Part shown: positions 56,088-64,000 of the stretch, piece by piece | How the letters are laid out: each line of letters starts with the position of its first letter | How positions within the stretch are numbered: position 1 is the first letter of the stretch | DNA from: a virus | IMG/VR virus record: IMGVR_UViG_3300045988_067909 | Strand: one strand, 5' to 3' | DNA: 64,000 nucleotides | Program-made: the position numbers and the translations under genes | The notes under the pieces: generated by a model | The model's input: the letters and a program-made list of their open reading frames with translations, nothing else | Told to the model about the DNA's origin: nothing | Databases searched by the model: none

Positions 56088-56633
56088 ATGGTAAGAAAGA
56101 GATATTCTAATGTAAAAGTATCAGACAACTTAAAAGCTATCTCCGAAGATAACGAATATGGTAATCTCATACTTCATAAGAAGTATGGGATTATCCCATA
56201 TTTTAAGTTTACAAGATACTTAAGTAAACTAAGAAAACATTCACCATCGTATAAGGAACTTAGAGCCATGGCTTGTTTCATTAGAATAGCCAAACTAATC
56301 TTTTTTTATACACCCGGTGATAGATTAGATAAATCTGATATGGGTCTATCTGAATATAGATTAGATGCTCATTTCAAAGATGATGATGTAATCATTTCTT
56401 ACTTCCCTAAACCACATATTAAGATTACTATCACTCTATCATATCTTGAAGATATCAATATTAGAATCTACAACTATGATGAAGAGAAAGAGCAGACTAA
56501 TGTATCATTCTCTGATGGTAATGCTAGTATAGAATGCTTAGAAGATGAGCAAATGTTTATTAACATCATTCGTCCATTAATGGGCGGATTCTGTAATATC
56601 TTAGAATACTATTACAACGCAAAAACAGAATAG
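56088..56633 (+). CDS. hypothetical protein (181 aa)
   Basis: RBS AAAGGATATC. Confidence 0.65.
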   Translation: MVRKRYSNVKVSDNLKAISEDNEYGNLILHKKYGIIPYFKFTRYLSKLRKHSPSYKELRAMACFIRIAKLIFFYTPGDRLDKSDMGLSEYRLDAHFKDDDVIISYFPKPHIKITITLSYLEDINIRIYNYDEEKEQTNVSFSDGNASIECLEDEQMFINIIRPLMGGFCNILEYYYNAKTE

Positions 56634-56663
56634 GGCCAATGGCTCTATTCTGATTATTTTTTG
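56626..56663 (+). terminator. intrinsic terminator cagaatagggccaatggctctattctg + T-run
   Basis: Overlaps the stop of the upstream gene. Confidence 0.6.
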
Positions 56664-56766
56664 TCTAAATAGGCTTATAATGAAGAATCTTTCACGTAGA
56701 AAATTATTACACACACAACGTACTAATACAAGAGAAATTAAGCTTGGTAGAGGTGGTGAAAGACCG

Positions 56767-57873
56767 ATGAAAGACAGTAATTTATTCATAGAAGCACATA
56801 TATCAGATATACATTTTGGGGTAATAGACCCAAAGATAACTTATAAGATTCTTAGTGAGCAATTCACTAATGTAATAGCAAATATAAACGATTTAGACTT
56901 GGTATCCATAAACGGAGACTTATTCCATCATAAGTTTATGGGTAATTCAGATGCTATCTTTTATGCATTGAAATTTGTAGATGAATTAGTAGCAGTATGT
57001 CGTAATAAGAGATGTACTTTATTCATCTTACATGGTACACCATCTCATGATGCCAATCAAACTAAGCTATTTTATCAATATATGAACGATAATACCGTAG
57101 ACGTTAGAGTCATAGAGACTATACGGTTTGAATATGTAAATGGTAAGAAGATTCTCTGTATTCCTGAGATACCTGGGTTAGGTAAAGAATATTATGAGAA
57201 TATATTATATACTGAGACATACGATTCTGTATGTGCACATGGAACTATCCGTGGAGCTATTTATGGGAGAAATGCAGAAGATTTAGATGCACCATCCCCA
57301 GTATTTAGTATGAATAACTTTATTTTATCTAATGGGCCAGTAATAGCTGGTCATGTTCATGTACCAGGTTGCTATGAAAGAGACTGGTACTATTGTGGTT
57401 CACCAATTCGATGGAATTTTGGTGAAGAACAGCCTAAGGGCTTTGTAATTTTAGTCCATAATACCTATACAAGACAGTATTATGTGAAATATATGCACAT
57501 TGAGTCATTTAGATATGATACCATCAATATAGATGATATGATAGCTAGTGACCCAGTAACCATTTACAACTATTTGATGGACCTTAAAGCTCAGGGTATT
57601 GATAATATCCGTATTGAGCTTACAGCAGACCATCCAAATATTAATATACTTAGAGACAAGTTTAGAAATGACGGCTCGATTAAATTCAAATGTGATTTCA
57701 AGAATGATATCATAAGACAACAAGCCAACGAAGTCTCAGAAAAATTTAAAGAGTATGACTATATTACTGATAAGAATCTATCAGAGTATGAAATACTCAC
57801 TAGATACATCAATAATAATAAAGGTTATACTTTTATAACTACAGACCAATTGATCGATTTGTTAAAAGAGTAA
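56767..57873 (+). CDS. calcineurin-like metallophosphoesterase, SbcD/Mre11-type nuclease
   Basis: The track start 56680 has no RBS. ATG 56767 follows GGTGGTGAAAGACCG. Motifs DIHFG, GDLFH, ILHGTPSHD, GHVHVPG. Confidence 0.65.
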   Translation: MKDSNLFIEAHISDIHFGVIDPKITYKILSEQFTNVIANINDLDLVSINGDLFHHKFMGNSDAIFYALKFVDELVAVCRNKRCTLFILHGTPSHDANQTKLFYQYMNDNTVDVRVIETIRFEYVNGKKILCIPEIPGLGKEYYENILYTETYDSVCAHGTIRGAIYGRNAEDLDAPSPVFSMNNFILSNGPVIAGHVHVPGCYERDWYYCGSPIRWNFGEEQPKGFVILVHNTYTRQYYVKYMHIESFRYDTINIDDMIASDPVTIYNYLMDLKAQGIDNIRIELTADHPNINILRDKFRNDGSIKFKCDFKNDIIRQQANEVSEKFKEYDYITDKNLSEYEILTRYINNNKGYTFITTDQLIDLLKE

Positions 57874-57888
57874 AGTGAGGTAAGATTA

Positions 57889-60087
57889 ATGGCTAGAGGT
57901 AATGAATTAAACAATAAATTCATGATTGAATGGCCTAATCTAGTTATATACGTTAGGTATGTATTCCAAACGCTATACAGACAAGACAATCGAGAAATCT
58001 TAGCTACGTTGTTAAAGCTTATGAATAAGATGGATCCTGAAAAGGTTTATGATATCAAGACTCAAGAAAAGCATATAAACGTATTTAAGTTTCTCAAGGC
58101 TTTATTAGAAAGAAGACTTAATGGTAATAAAGATAAAGATCTTCTTATTGAAGTGTGTACTGATGGTCTAATCAAGAAACACTTACCATTAAATCAAATA
58201 GATAACCCATTGAATAGTAGTGACTTTGCAGTTATAGAGCAACGTATCTATTCTGACTATGAAAACTATTCAGTTATCACATACATGGCACAAGCCCATG
58301 ATAAATTCATTGAGTTGACTACAGCTGGTAGCCAACTAGAACGTGAAGCAGTATTAAAAGATATGCGTCTTAGATTACGTGATATTGGTACGACTTTACG
58401 TCAAACAGCTAATACAGCAACAGGGTCAGAGACATTCTCATTGACAGATTCTGATGTATTTATTAGAACTATGGGTAATGTATATGACCGTTTGCATAAT
58501 CCATCTACTAAGCTTAAGACTGGTATGCAAGCATTTAATAATATCATCTCTGGTGGTTTCGAGAATGGACGTATCTATCTATTATTCGGTCTACCAGGTG
58601 AGGGTAAATCAATGACAATGCTTAACTTAGCATTGCAATTGAAGAAATTCAATAGACAATATCAACCAAAAGATCCAACTAAAAGACCATGTATTGTGTA
58701 TCTTACAATGGAAAACTCTCTTGAAGAAACCATTGAACGTGCACATGGTATCTTAGTAGCTAAAGATTTTGATAAAAGATTATCATTAGAAGAAATGACA
58801 GAGCAATTTAAGAATAGTGGCTTTGCTGTAACTGATGATGACCCTATTGATATCGTTATTAAGTATATTCCAGCCAATACTGTAGATACAGACTATGTAT
58901 ATGCATTGTATGATGAGCTGGCAGATAGTAATAAAGAAGTCATTTGTATGGTACAAGACTATATCAAGCGTATTAAATGTCGTGATTTTGATATTCTTGG
59001 TAAAGACCCATACATGGCACTAGGCTCTGTAGTAGATGAGTTTAAACAATTTGCTATAGACAAAGATATTCCAGTTATAACTGCATCACAGTTAAACCGT
59101 GAAGCGGCTAAAGCTATCGATGAGGGACGTAAGATTAGTCGTAATAACTTGGTAGAATGTGTCGGTCGTAACAATATCGGTGAGTCTATCAAGATTCTAG
59201 AAAATATCGATAGTGGTATTATCATTATTCCAGAGAAAGATGCCGCAGATAATCCTTATATGGGCTTCTCTCTCATTAAGAGTCGTTATGGTACTAACGC
59301 ACCTAAGAGATTCTATCATCCATTCAATCCAGAGAAGCCAGTTGAGTTGCTCTGTGATGAGGGATGTACAACACCTGTTCATAGATTGACTATGACAGAC
59401 TTATCATTAGCAGCACAAAATGCTGAATCTGTAAGAAATACTAAACCAGAAGAGGTTAAGAGTGCTGAAAGTGAATTAAAGTCTACAGACCCTAAGATTC
59501 CTGTTAAAGAAGAACCTAAAGAGGAAGCTAAACCTGTAGATAAAGAACAAGCTAGATTAGAACGTCAAAAGAAAAAGATGACACCAGAGTATTCTGGTAC
59601 ATTACCTAGTGGTACTAAAGCTATTGCTCGAGGAGTTAATCCATTTGCTATAGCTAAACTAGAAATGACAGTTGACAAGTTTAATCAAGATAAGATTAAT
59701 GGGTTTAAGAAGTCTGAATATACTGATCGTTCATTAGATATGATTAAGTATAACTTAGAGATTCCTGTTAATGCATTAGAATCTGATATATGTCCATATA
59801 TCCCACCAGAAGAATTTGATGAAATGGTATATGTACGTAAAGGTAGAGCTAATGAGGCTTTAGATAGAGCTCAGGCGAGAGAATATTTAAATCTTATTAA
59901 GAAATGGTCTCCACGTCAAGGTGAGTTTAAGTCTCCATCTATGTTTGTGGCACTACCAAATCAAAGTCTATTATCTGTAGGGTACTTTGCTGAGCAACAT
60001 GGTATGAAAGATAAAATCAAACCTATGTTTAGAAGTGCAGAACCAATCCCTATGTTTATAGAAGAACCAAAGTATGATATTGGATAA
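57889..60087 (+). CDS. DnaB-like replicative helicase with a long Lys/Glu-rich C-terminal extension
   Basis: RBS GTGAGGTAAG. NIISGGFENGRIYLLFGLPGEGKSMTMLNLA (DnaB H1/Walker A). ITASQLNREA (DnaB H4). Confidence 0.75.
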   Translation: MARGNELNNKFMIEWPNLVIYVRYVFQTLYRQDNREILATLLKLMNKMDPEKVYDIKTQEKHINVFKFLKALLERRLNGNKDKDLLIEVCTDGLIKKHLPLNQIDNPLNSSDFAVIEQRIYSDYENYSVITYMAQAHDKFIELTTAGSQLEREAVLKDMRLRLRDIGTTLRQTANTATGSETFSLTDSDVFIRTMGNVYDRLHNPSTKLKTGMQAFNNIISGGFENGRIYLLFGLPGEGKSMTMLNLALQLKKFNRQYQPKDPTKRPCIVYLTMENSLEETIERAHGILVAKDFDKRLSLEEMTEQFKNSGFAVTDDDPIDIVIKYIPANTVDTDYVYALYDELADSNKEVICMVQDYIKRIKCRDFDILGKDPYMALGSVVDEFKQFAIDKDIPVITASQLNREAAKAIDEGRKISRNNLVECVGRNNIGESIKILENIDSGIIIIPEKDAADNPYMGFSLIKSRYGTNAPKRFYHPFNPEKPVELLCDEGCTTPVHRLTMTDLSLAAQNAESVRNTKPEEVKSAESELKSTDPKIPVKEEPKEEAKPVDKEQARLERQKKKMTPEYSGTLPSGTKAIARGVNPFAIAKLEMTVDKFNQDKINGFKKSEYTDRSLDMIKYNLEIPVNALESDICPYIPPEEFDEMVYVRKGRANEALDRAQAREYLNLIKKWSPRQGEFKSPSMFVALPNQSLLSVGYFAEQHGMKDKIKPMFRSAEPIPMFIEEPKYDIG

Positions 60088-60095
60088 AAAACACA

Positions 60096-60116
60096 GAAGA
60101 GTACAGTGTACTCTTC
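60096..60116 (-). terminator. hairpin gaagagtacagtgtactcttc between convergent genes; the U-run is on the minus-strand side only
   Basis: 9-bp stem. AAAAAAC precedes it on the plus strand. Confidence 0.5.
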
Positions 60117-60126
60117 CGTGGATAGA

Positions 60127-60552
60127 TTAGGTTATATCATGTGAGTAGTTATAAGAATCTATATACTTCTTATTAGAAGCATAGACATACGAAAGTAAAT
60201 TAAGTAGTTCTTTCTTTGGAATCAAGTATATAGTCTTCTTATTAAAGTCTTTGATACTATATAAACCATTGATAGCTAGTATGATATAATGGAATTCACT
60301 ATTACCATAGATATCATTAGCCAAGAGTTTTGGTTTGTATTTGTATTTACGAAACTCTTCATCAGTCAAGGTTATCTTATATGCTTCTCTCTTGAAGTCA
60401 CTAAGATAGTCTGTAGTGATTAAGTTTCTAAAAGGGATTTCCAATGTCCCTTTGGATGACGATTTCATATAGTACGAATAAGCATGAAAGTCTGAGTTAT
60501 TCATTGGTTTCATACTAATGAATTCTTGGATACTACTTATCTCTGTAGGCAT
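60127..60552 (-). CDS. hypothetical protein (141 aa)
   Basis: RBS GGGAGGGATTACG. Minus-strand two-gene island. Confidence 0.65.
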   Translation of the reverse strand: MPTEISSIQEFISMKPMNNSDFHAYSYYMKSSSKGTLEIPFRNLITTDYLSDFKREAYKITLTDEEFRKYKYKPKLLANDIYGNSEFHYIILAINGLYSIKDFNKKTIYLIPKKELLNLLSYVYASNKKYIDSYNYSHDIT

Positions 60553-60901
60553 CGTAATCCCTCCCTATAACAATTGGTTTAGTAATATCACCACTAGGGA
60601 AACCGATTATAAATCTAGTCCCAGGTGGGATATATTTATATGGATATTGTCTAGCAACTTCTTTAGGCATTTCCACTAATATATTAGACCCAACCTGAAT
60701 CTTGCCACCTTTGATAGGTTCTTTATTGACAAGATTTGATGGTTGTACGTTTATAGTTTGCTTTGTGTTAGACTTAAGATTCATAGGATTTAAAGAGGGT
60801 AAATAGAAAGTTTGAAATCCTGGCTTATATTTATCACAAGGCGATGTTAATATACCGATTTCGGTGTGTTGGAAGTCGGTATTAGTGTTATATTCGTTCA
60901 T
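60533..60901 (-). CDS. hypothetical protein (122 aa)
   Basis: RBS AGGAGGATTTACGAC. Confidence 0.65.
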   Translation of the reverse strand: MNEYNTNTDFQHTEIGILTSPCDKYKPGFQTFYLPSLNPMNLKSNTKQTINVQPSNLVNKEPIKGGKIQVGSNILVEMPKEVARQYPYKYIPPGTRFIIGFPSGDITKPIVIGRDYDAYRDK

Positions 60902-60953
60902 GTCGTAAATCCTCCTGATTACAATACTGTTTCAGAGGTAGAAAGGTACTCTT

Positions 60954-61490
60954 ATGGGAAGCATGTTTGTTAGTGTTCAAAAGTTTCCAACTTATACGAG
61001 ACAAGAGTTTGAGAAAGATGTATTCTATACATGTGGTTTAGTATACAATCCAGCTAAGTCTCTACAGATTATGTTTGAAACTGATGTAGGACAGTTAATT
61101 CCTGTATTTATTAAAGGTAGACCATTATGTTTTGAGCAAGATGCTCAAGCATTGACTCTACAAAACCCAGTTATCTATGATCCATTGAATAATGTGGCTA
61201 TTATGAAGACATTATTCGATATGTATCTAGATTTGGTCCAAGAATCTCCTACAGTGGTTACTTATGCTAAAGTCAACCCTAAGAAAAGAGATATTAAGGG
61301 TCAAGTACAAATTGTAATGGATAATGGTGTAACGTATTCATCTGGCATCTATTACAATGACAGTCTTAAGTATATGGACTGTATAAATTATTTATGCGGA
61401 TATGATACTTCCAATTTGAAAGAGATAGACTTTACTCAATCTGAAATGGAAGCTATCAAAGAACGCAGTAGAGCTAAGAGAGGCCAATAA
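60954..61490 (+). CDS. hypothetical protein (178 aa)
   Basis: RBS AGAAAGGTACTCTT. Confidence 0.65.
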   Translation: MGSMFVSVQKFPTYTRQEFEKDVFYTCGLVYNPAKSLQIMFETDVGQLIPVFIKGRPLCFEQDAQALTLQNPVIYDPLNNVAIMKTLFDMYLDLVQESPTVVTYAKVNPKKRDIKGQVQIVMDNGVTYSSGIYYNDSLKYMDCINYLCGYDTSNLKEIDFTQSEMEAIKERSRAKRGQ

Positions 61491-61492
61491 AG

Positions 61493-61816
61493 ATGAAACA
61501 AATTCTAGAGACTCAAGAAAAGTTGAATAAATATATTATGTACGCAGTATTTACTGGATTAGCAATTATTACTGCTATAACTATAGCTGGTGCAGTATTT
61601 GGTGTATTCAGAAGTCATGATGGTGGTAGAACTGCGCAAATCAGACCTATATTGGAAGAGCATATCCCTCCTGTTGGTGGACAAGTAGCAGTAACCTACG
61701 ATTATCCAACGAGTGATGCTATCAATCAGATGATTGCTCAAGGATATACTGTAGAGACTATTATTTATGATAATTTTAAAGACCAAGCTATTGTAGTATA
61801 CAAACGGGTGAAGTAA
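61493..61816 (+). CDS. small membrane protein, paralog 1 of 4 (N-terminal transmembrane helix, conserved C-terminal ...QGYTVETIIYD...VVYKRVK)
   Basis: TM helix YIMYAVFTGLAIITAITIAGAVFGVF. C-terminal motif shared with the next three genes. Confidence 0.65.
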   Translation: MKQILETQEKLNKYIMYAVFTGLAIITAITIAGAVFGVFRSHDGGRTAQIRPILEEHIPPVGGQVAVTYDYPTSDAINQMIAQGYTVETIIYDNFKDQAIVVYKRVK

Positions 61817-61817
61817 A

Positions 61818-62108
61818 ATGAAAAAATTTGTGTTTTTAGTGATGATTATGATTTCTCTAGTTTCAATTACAGGTTGTACTACAAGTTTAAGTTCAACTCA
61901 TGATAGAGCGGTTGATCTTAATGAAAAAGCATTAAAAGATTTAACCCCAGCTATAAATGATACTGTTGTAGTTTCTTATGAAAGTGATGCTGAAGTAAAC
62001 CAAGGTATAGCTGATATGAAAGATCGTGGTTTTAAAATTAAAGGTGTAACTGTACGTAGCACTAGTTATGATGGAAGAACTGTAGTTGTTTATACACGGG
62101 TACAATAA
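61818..62108 (+). CDS. small lipoprotein, paralog 2 of 4 (lipobox ITGC)
   Basis: MKKFVFLVMIMISLVSITGC signal. C-terminal GIADMKDRGFKIKGVTV...VVYTRVQ. Confidence 0.65.
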   Translation: MKKFVFLVMIMISLVSITGCTTSLSSTHDRAVDLNEKALKDLTPAINDTVVVSYESDAEVNQGIADMKDRGFKIKGVTVRSTSYDGRTVVVYTRVQ

Positions 62109-62109
62109 T

Positions 62110-62412
62110 ATGAGAACTTTAATGATTGTATTTCTTACAGTAGTTGCATTCTTTGTTGCAAGCTGTGGTATAGATACTAGACCTACTGCTGAGAAAGCAC
62201 CTGAGGTGGCTGTTATGATTAATGATAAGTCATTAGAAAAAGCTACACCAGATATTGGTGGTATTAAGCTAGTCAAATATAGTCCAGTATTTGCTAATGA
62301 GGGTATAGCTGATATGGAGTCTCGTGGTTATAAAGTAAAGCAAATATCAGAGACTTCTGCTACACTATTCCAATCACCATCAACTACGGTTATGTATGAA
62401 AGGGTAAAATAA
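62110..62412 (+). CDS. small lipoprotein, paralog 3 of 4 (lipobox VASC)
   Basis: The track start 62086 overlaps. ATG 62110 follows ACGGGTACAATAAT, analogous to its neighbours. C-terminal GIADMESRGYKVKQ...VMYERVK. Confidence 0.6.
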   Translation: MRTLMIVFLTVVAFFVASCGIDTRPTAEKAPEVAVMINDKSLEKATPDIGGIKLVKYSPVFANEGIADMESRGYKVKQISETSATLFQSPSTTVMYERVK

Positions 62413-62413
62413 T

Positions 62414-62719
62414 ATGAAAACTTTTATAGGTTGTATTATAGCTATTATTCTTATAGGTATTGGTTCTTTTATATACTATCATACTGATTTAGTAAGACAA
62501 GAGACATCAGACCAAAAGTTTAATGTAGCTGTAGCACAAAACAATACATCTTTACAAGAATATACACCAGCTGTTGGGGATACTAAGTCTATGCTTTATA
62601 AGACTAAGTATGCTACATATGGTATCGACAATATGACGGCTCGTGGATATCAATTACTTACAGTATATACTGATGATAGACATTATGAAACCTTCGTCGT
62701 ATTCAAGAGGGTGAGATAA
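62414..62719 (+). CDS. small membrane protein, paralog 4 of 4
   Basis: TM helix FIGCIIAIILIGIGSFIYY. C-terminal GIDNMTARGYQLLTV...VVFKRVR. Confidence 0.65.
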   Translation: MKTFIGCIIAIILIGIGSFIYYHTDLVRQETSDQKFNVAVAQNNTSLQEYTPAVGDTKSMLYKTKYATYGIDNMTARGYQLLTVYTDDRHYETFVVFKRVR

Positions 62720-63915
62720 TGAAATTCCAATTAAACCCAGGACAGCAGGCAGTCGTTGACGCTGCTGTCAACTGGTTTAATAATAGCTCTGAATTGGTGT
62801 TTCAGTATACTGGTGCTGCTGGTACTGGTAAGACTGTTGTACTATTTGAGATTATTAACCGTTTAGGGTTATCTATAGATGAGCTATTACCTATGAGCTT
62901 TACTGGTACAGCAGCTATAGTTATGCGTAATCGTGGTTTATTCACAGCTAAGACTATACATGCATCTATCTATGAGCCTGTAGAGCAAATCCAATATGAT
63001 GGGTTAGGTAGACCTATTATGGATCCATACTTTAACAAGCCTAAAGTTACAACTAAGTTTGTTAAACGTGAGCAACTAGAGGGTGTTAAGCTTATCTTAA
63101 TAGATGAAGCTTCTATGACACCTAAGTCTATGGTTAAAGACATTGAATCTTTTGGTATTAAGATTATAGCCTGTGGTGATTTGAATCAGTTACCACCTGT
63201 AGCTGATGAACCAGGTTACTTAGTAGACGGTAAGGTTCATTTTTTAACTGATATTATGCGTCAAGGAGAGAACTCTGGTATCATCTATTTAGCAGATAGA
63301 GCTATTAAAGGGCTTCCTATACACTATGGCACTTATAATAATGCTGTAGTTATAGATGAAGATATGCTTACTGATGACTTCTTGATACAGTCTCCTATAA
63401 TATTGACATGTAAGAATGCTACAAGAGAAACTATTAATGATTATCTACGAGACTTACGTGGTGTAAAGTCTAAGTTACCTATGCATGGTGAACCAGTTAT
63501 CTGTAGAAAGAATAACTGGAGTATAGAGTGTGATGGTATTAACTTAGTTAATGGACTACGTGGTACAGTAGAGAACTTCCCAGATGTATCTTCTCGTGGT
63601 AGTGAACGTAATATCTTTAAGATAGACTTTAGACAGGGTAGACTATTATTTAGAGATGTCAAGTGTGACTATGATTATTTCAATGCAGACTATGATGATA
63701 AGAATAGACTACGTAATAGTCCTTACTCTCCGGGGAATAAGATTGAGTTAGCATATGCTATCACTACACATCTCTCTCAAGGTTCTCAGTATTATTCTGG
63801 AATATTCATTGAAGAGTGGTTACGTAAGGATATTATGCCCAACTTAATATATACTGGTATAACCAGATTCTCTGATTATATGATATATGTAAAACGCAAA
63901 CCTAAGTTCTACTAG
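62719..63915 (+). CDS. Dda/RecD-like superfamily 1 helicase
   Basis: Walker A GAAGTGKT. Walker B LILIDEASM. C-terminal AYAITTHLSQGSQY motif. Confidence 0.75.
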   Translation: MKFQLNPGQQAVVDAAVNWFNNSSELVFQYTGAAGTGKTVVLFEIINRLGLSIDELLPMSFTGTAAIVMRNRGLFTAKTIHASIYEPVEQIQYDGLGRPIMDPYFNKPKVTTKFVKREQLEGVKLILIDEASMTPKSMVKDIESFGIKIIACGDLNQLPPVADEPGYLVDGKVHFLTDIMRQGENSGIIYLADRAIKGLPIHYGTYNNAVVIDEDMLTDDFLIQSPIILTCKNATRETINDYLRDLRGVKSKLPMHGEPVICRKNNWSIECDGINLVNGLRGTVENFPDVSSRGSERNIFKIDFRQGRLLFRDVKCDYDYFNADYDDKNRLRNSPYSPGNKIELAYAITTHLSQGSQYYSGIFIEEWLRKDIMPNLIYTGITRFSDYMIYVKRKPKFY

Positions 63916-63930
63916 AGTTATATATTATAA
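63916..63930 (+). promoter_or_regulatory. promoter-like motif copy AGTTATATATTATAAG
   Basis: 22 nt upstream of ATG 63952. Confidence 0.45.
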
Positions 63931-63951
63931 GTATGAAAGGAGGCGTATACT

Positions 63952-64000
63952 ATGCCATATAATAATAATATTAAAGGGGTCAGCGATAAGCCGATCCGAT
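63952..64000 (+). CDS. 5' end of a gene truncated by the window edge (MPYNNNIKGVSDKPIR...)
   Basis: RBS AAAGGAGGCG then ATG. The ORF runs to the window end. Confidence 0.4.
   Translation, partial: MPYNNNIKGVSDKPIR

Noticed and set aside
3353-62086. ORF-track starts at 3353, 16408, 31426, 31801, 53503, 54714, 56680 and 62086
   Set aside because: These are GTG/TTG/CTG codons shown as M, or ATGs without an RBS that overlap upstream genes. Downstream ATGs with a proper Shine-Dalgarno were used instead (3386, 16423, 31435, 31810, 53554, 54750, 56767, 62110).
1-64000. tRNA genes, integrase/attachment sites, transposases, CRISPR arrays
   Set aside because: No tRNA-like acceptor/T-arm sequences were found in the few intergenic regions over 100 bp. 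No recombinase motifs were seen in any ORF.

Overview
The window is phage DNA (AT-rich, densely packed, no host housekeeping genes). The host is most plausibly a diderm Firmicute of the Negativicutes (Veillonella-like). It reads as five modules. (1) 1-10.6 kb: a tight plus-strand operon with three radical-SAM/SPASM enzymes, three large proteins that each carry a strict Cys-Gln ladder (C-Q-x-x repeated 4-5 times), and two unknown partner proteins. This is the most unusual system in the window. (2) 10.6-16 kb: a tail-fibre-like gene and a 1266-aa structural gene. (3) 16-32 kb: an early/moron-like region. It holds six small, mostly acidic proteins, two trimeric autotransporter adhesin genes (one with a C-terminal SLH domain), a GC-richer two-gene island, an N-terminal fragment of a multisubunit RNA polymerase beta-prime subunit (zinc ribbon plus NADFDGD, split jumbo-phage style), and two small genes behind duplicated structured leaders. 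About eleven copies of a conserved AGTT(G/A)TATA(C/T)TATAA promoter-like motif and several families of near-identical hairpin terminators punctuate this region. (4) 32-51.4 kb: a minus-strand block of giant structural proteins (1944, 905, 926, 536, 1766, 310 aa), two of which share a tandem ~85-aa repeat domain. (5) 51.7-64 kb: a replication/recombination module (PD-(D/E)xK nuclease, SbcD/Mre11-like phosphoesterase, DnaB-like helicase, Dda/RecD-like helicase) plus a tandem array of four paralogous small membrane/lipoproteins. No tRNA, rRNA, CRISPR array, integrase or transposase was recognised. The ORF track translates GTG/TTG starts as M, so several starts were moved to the nearest ATG with a proper ribosome-binding site (RBS).
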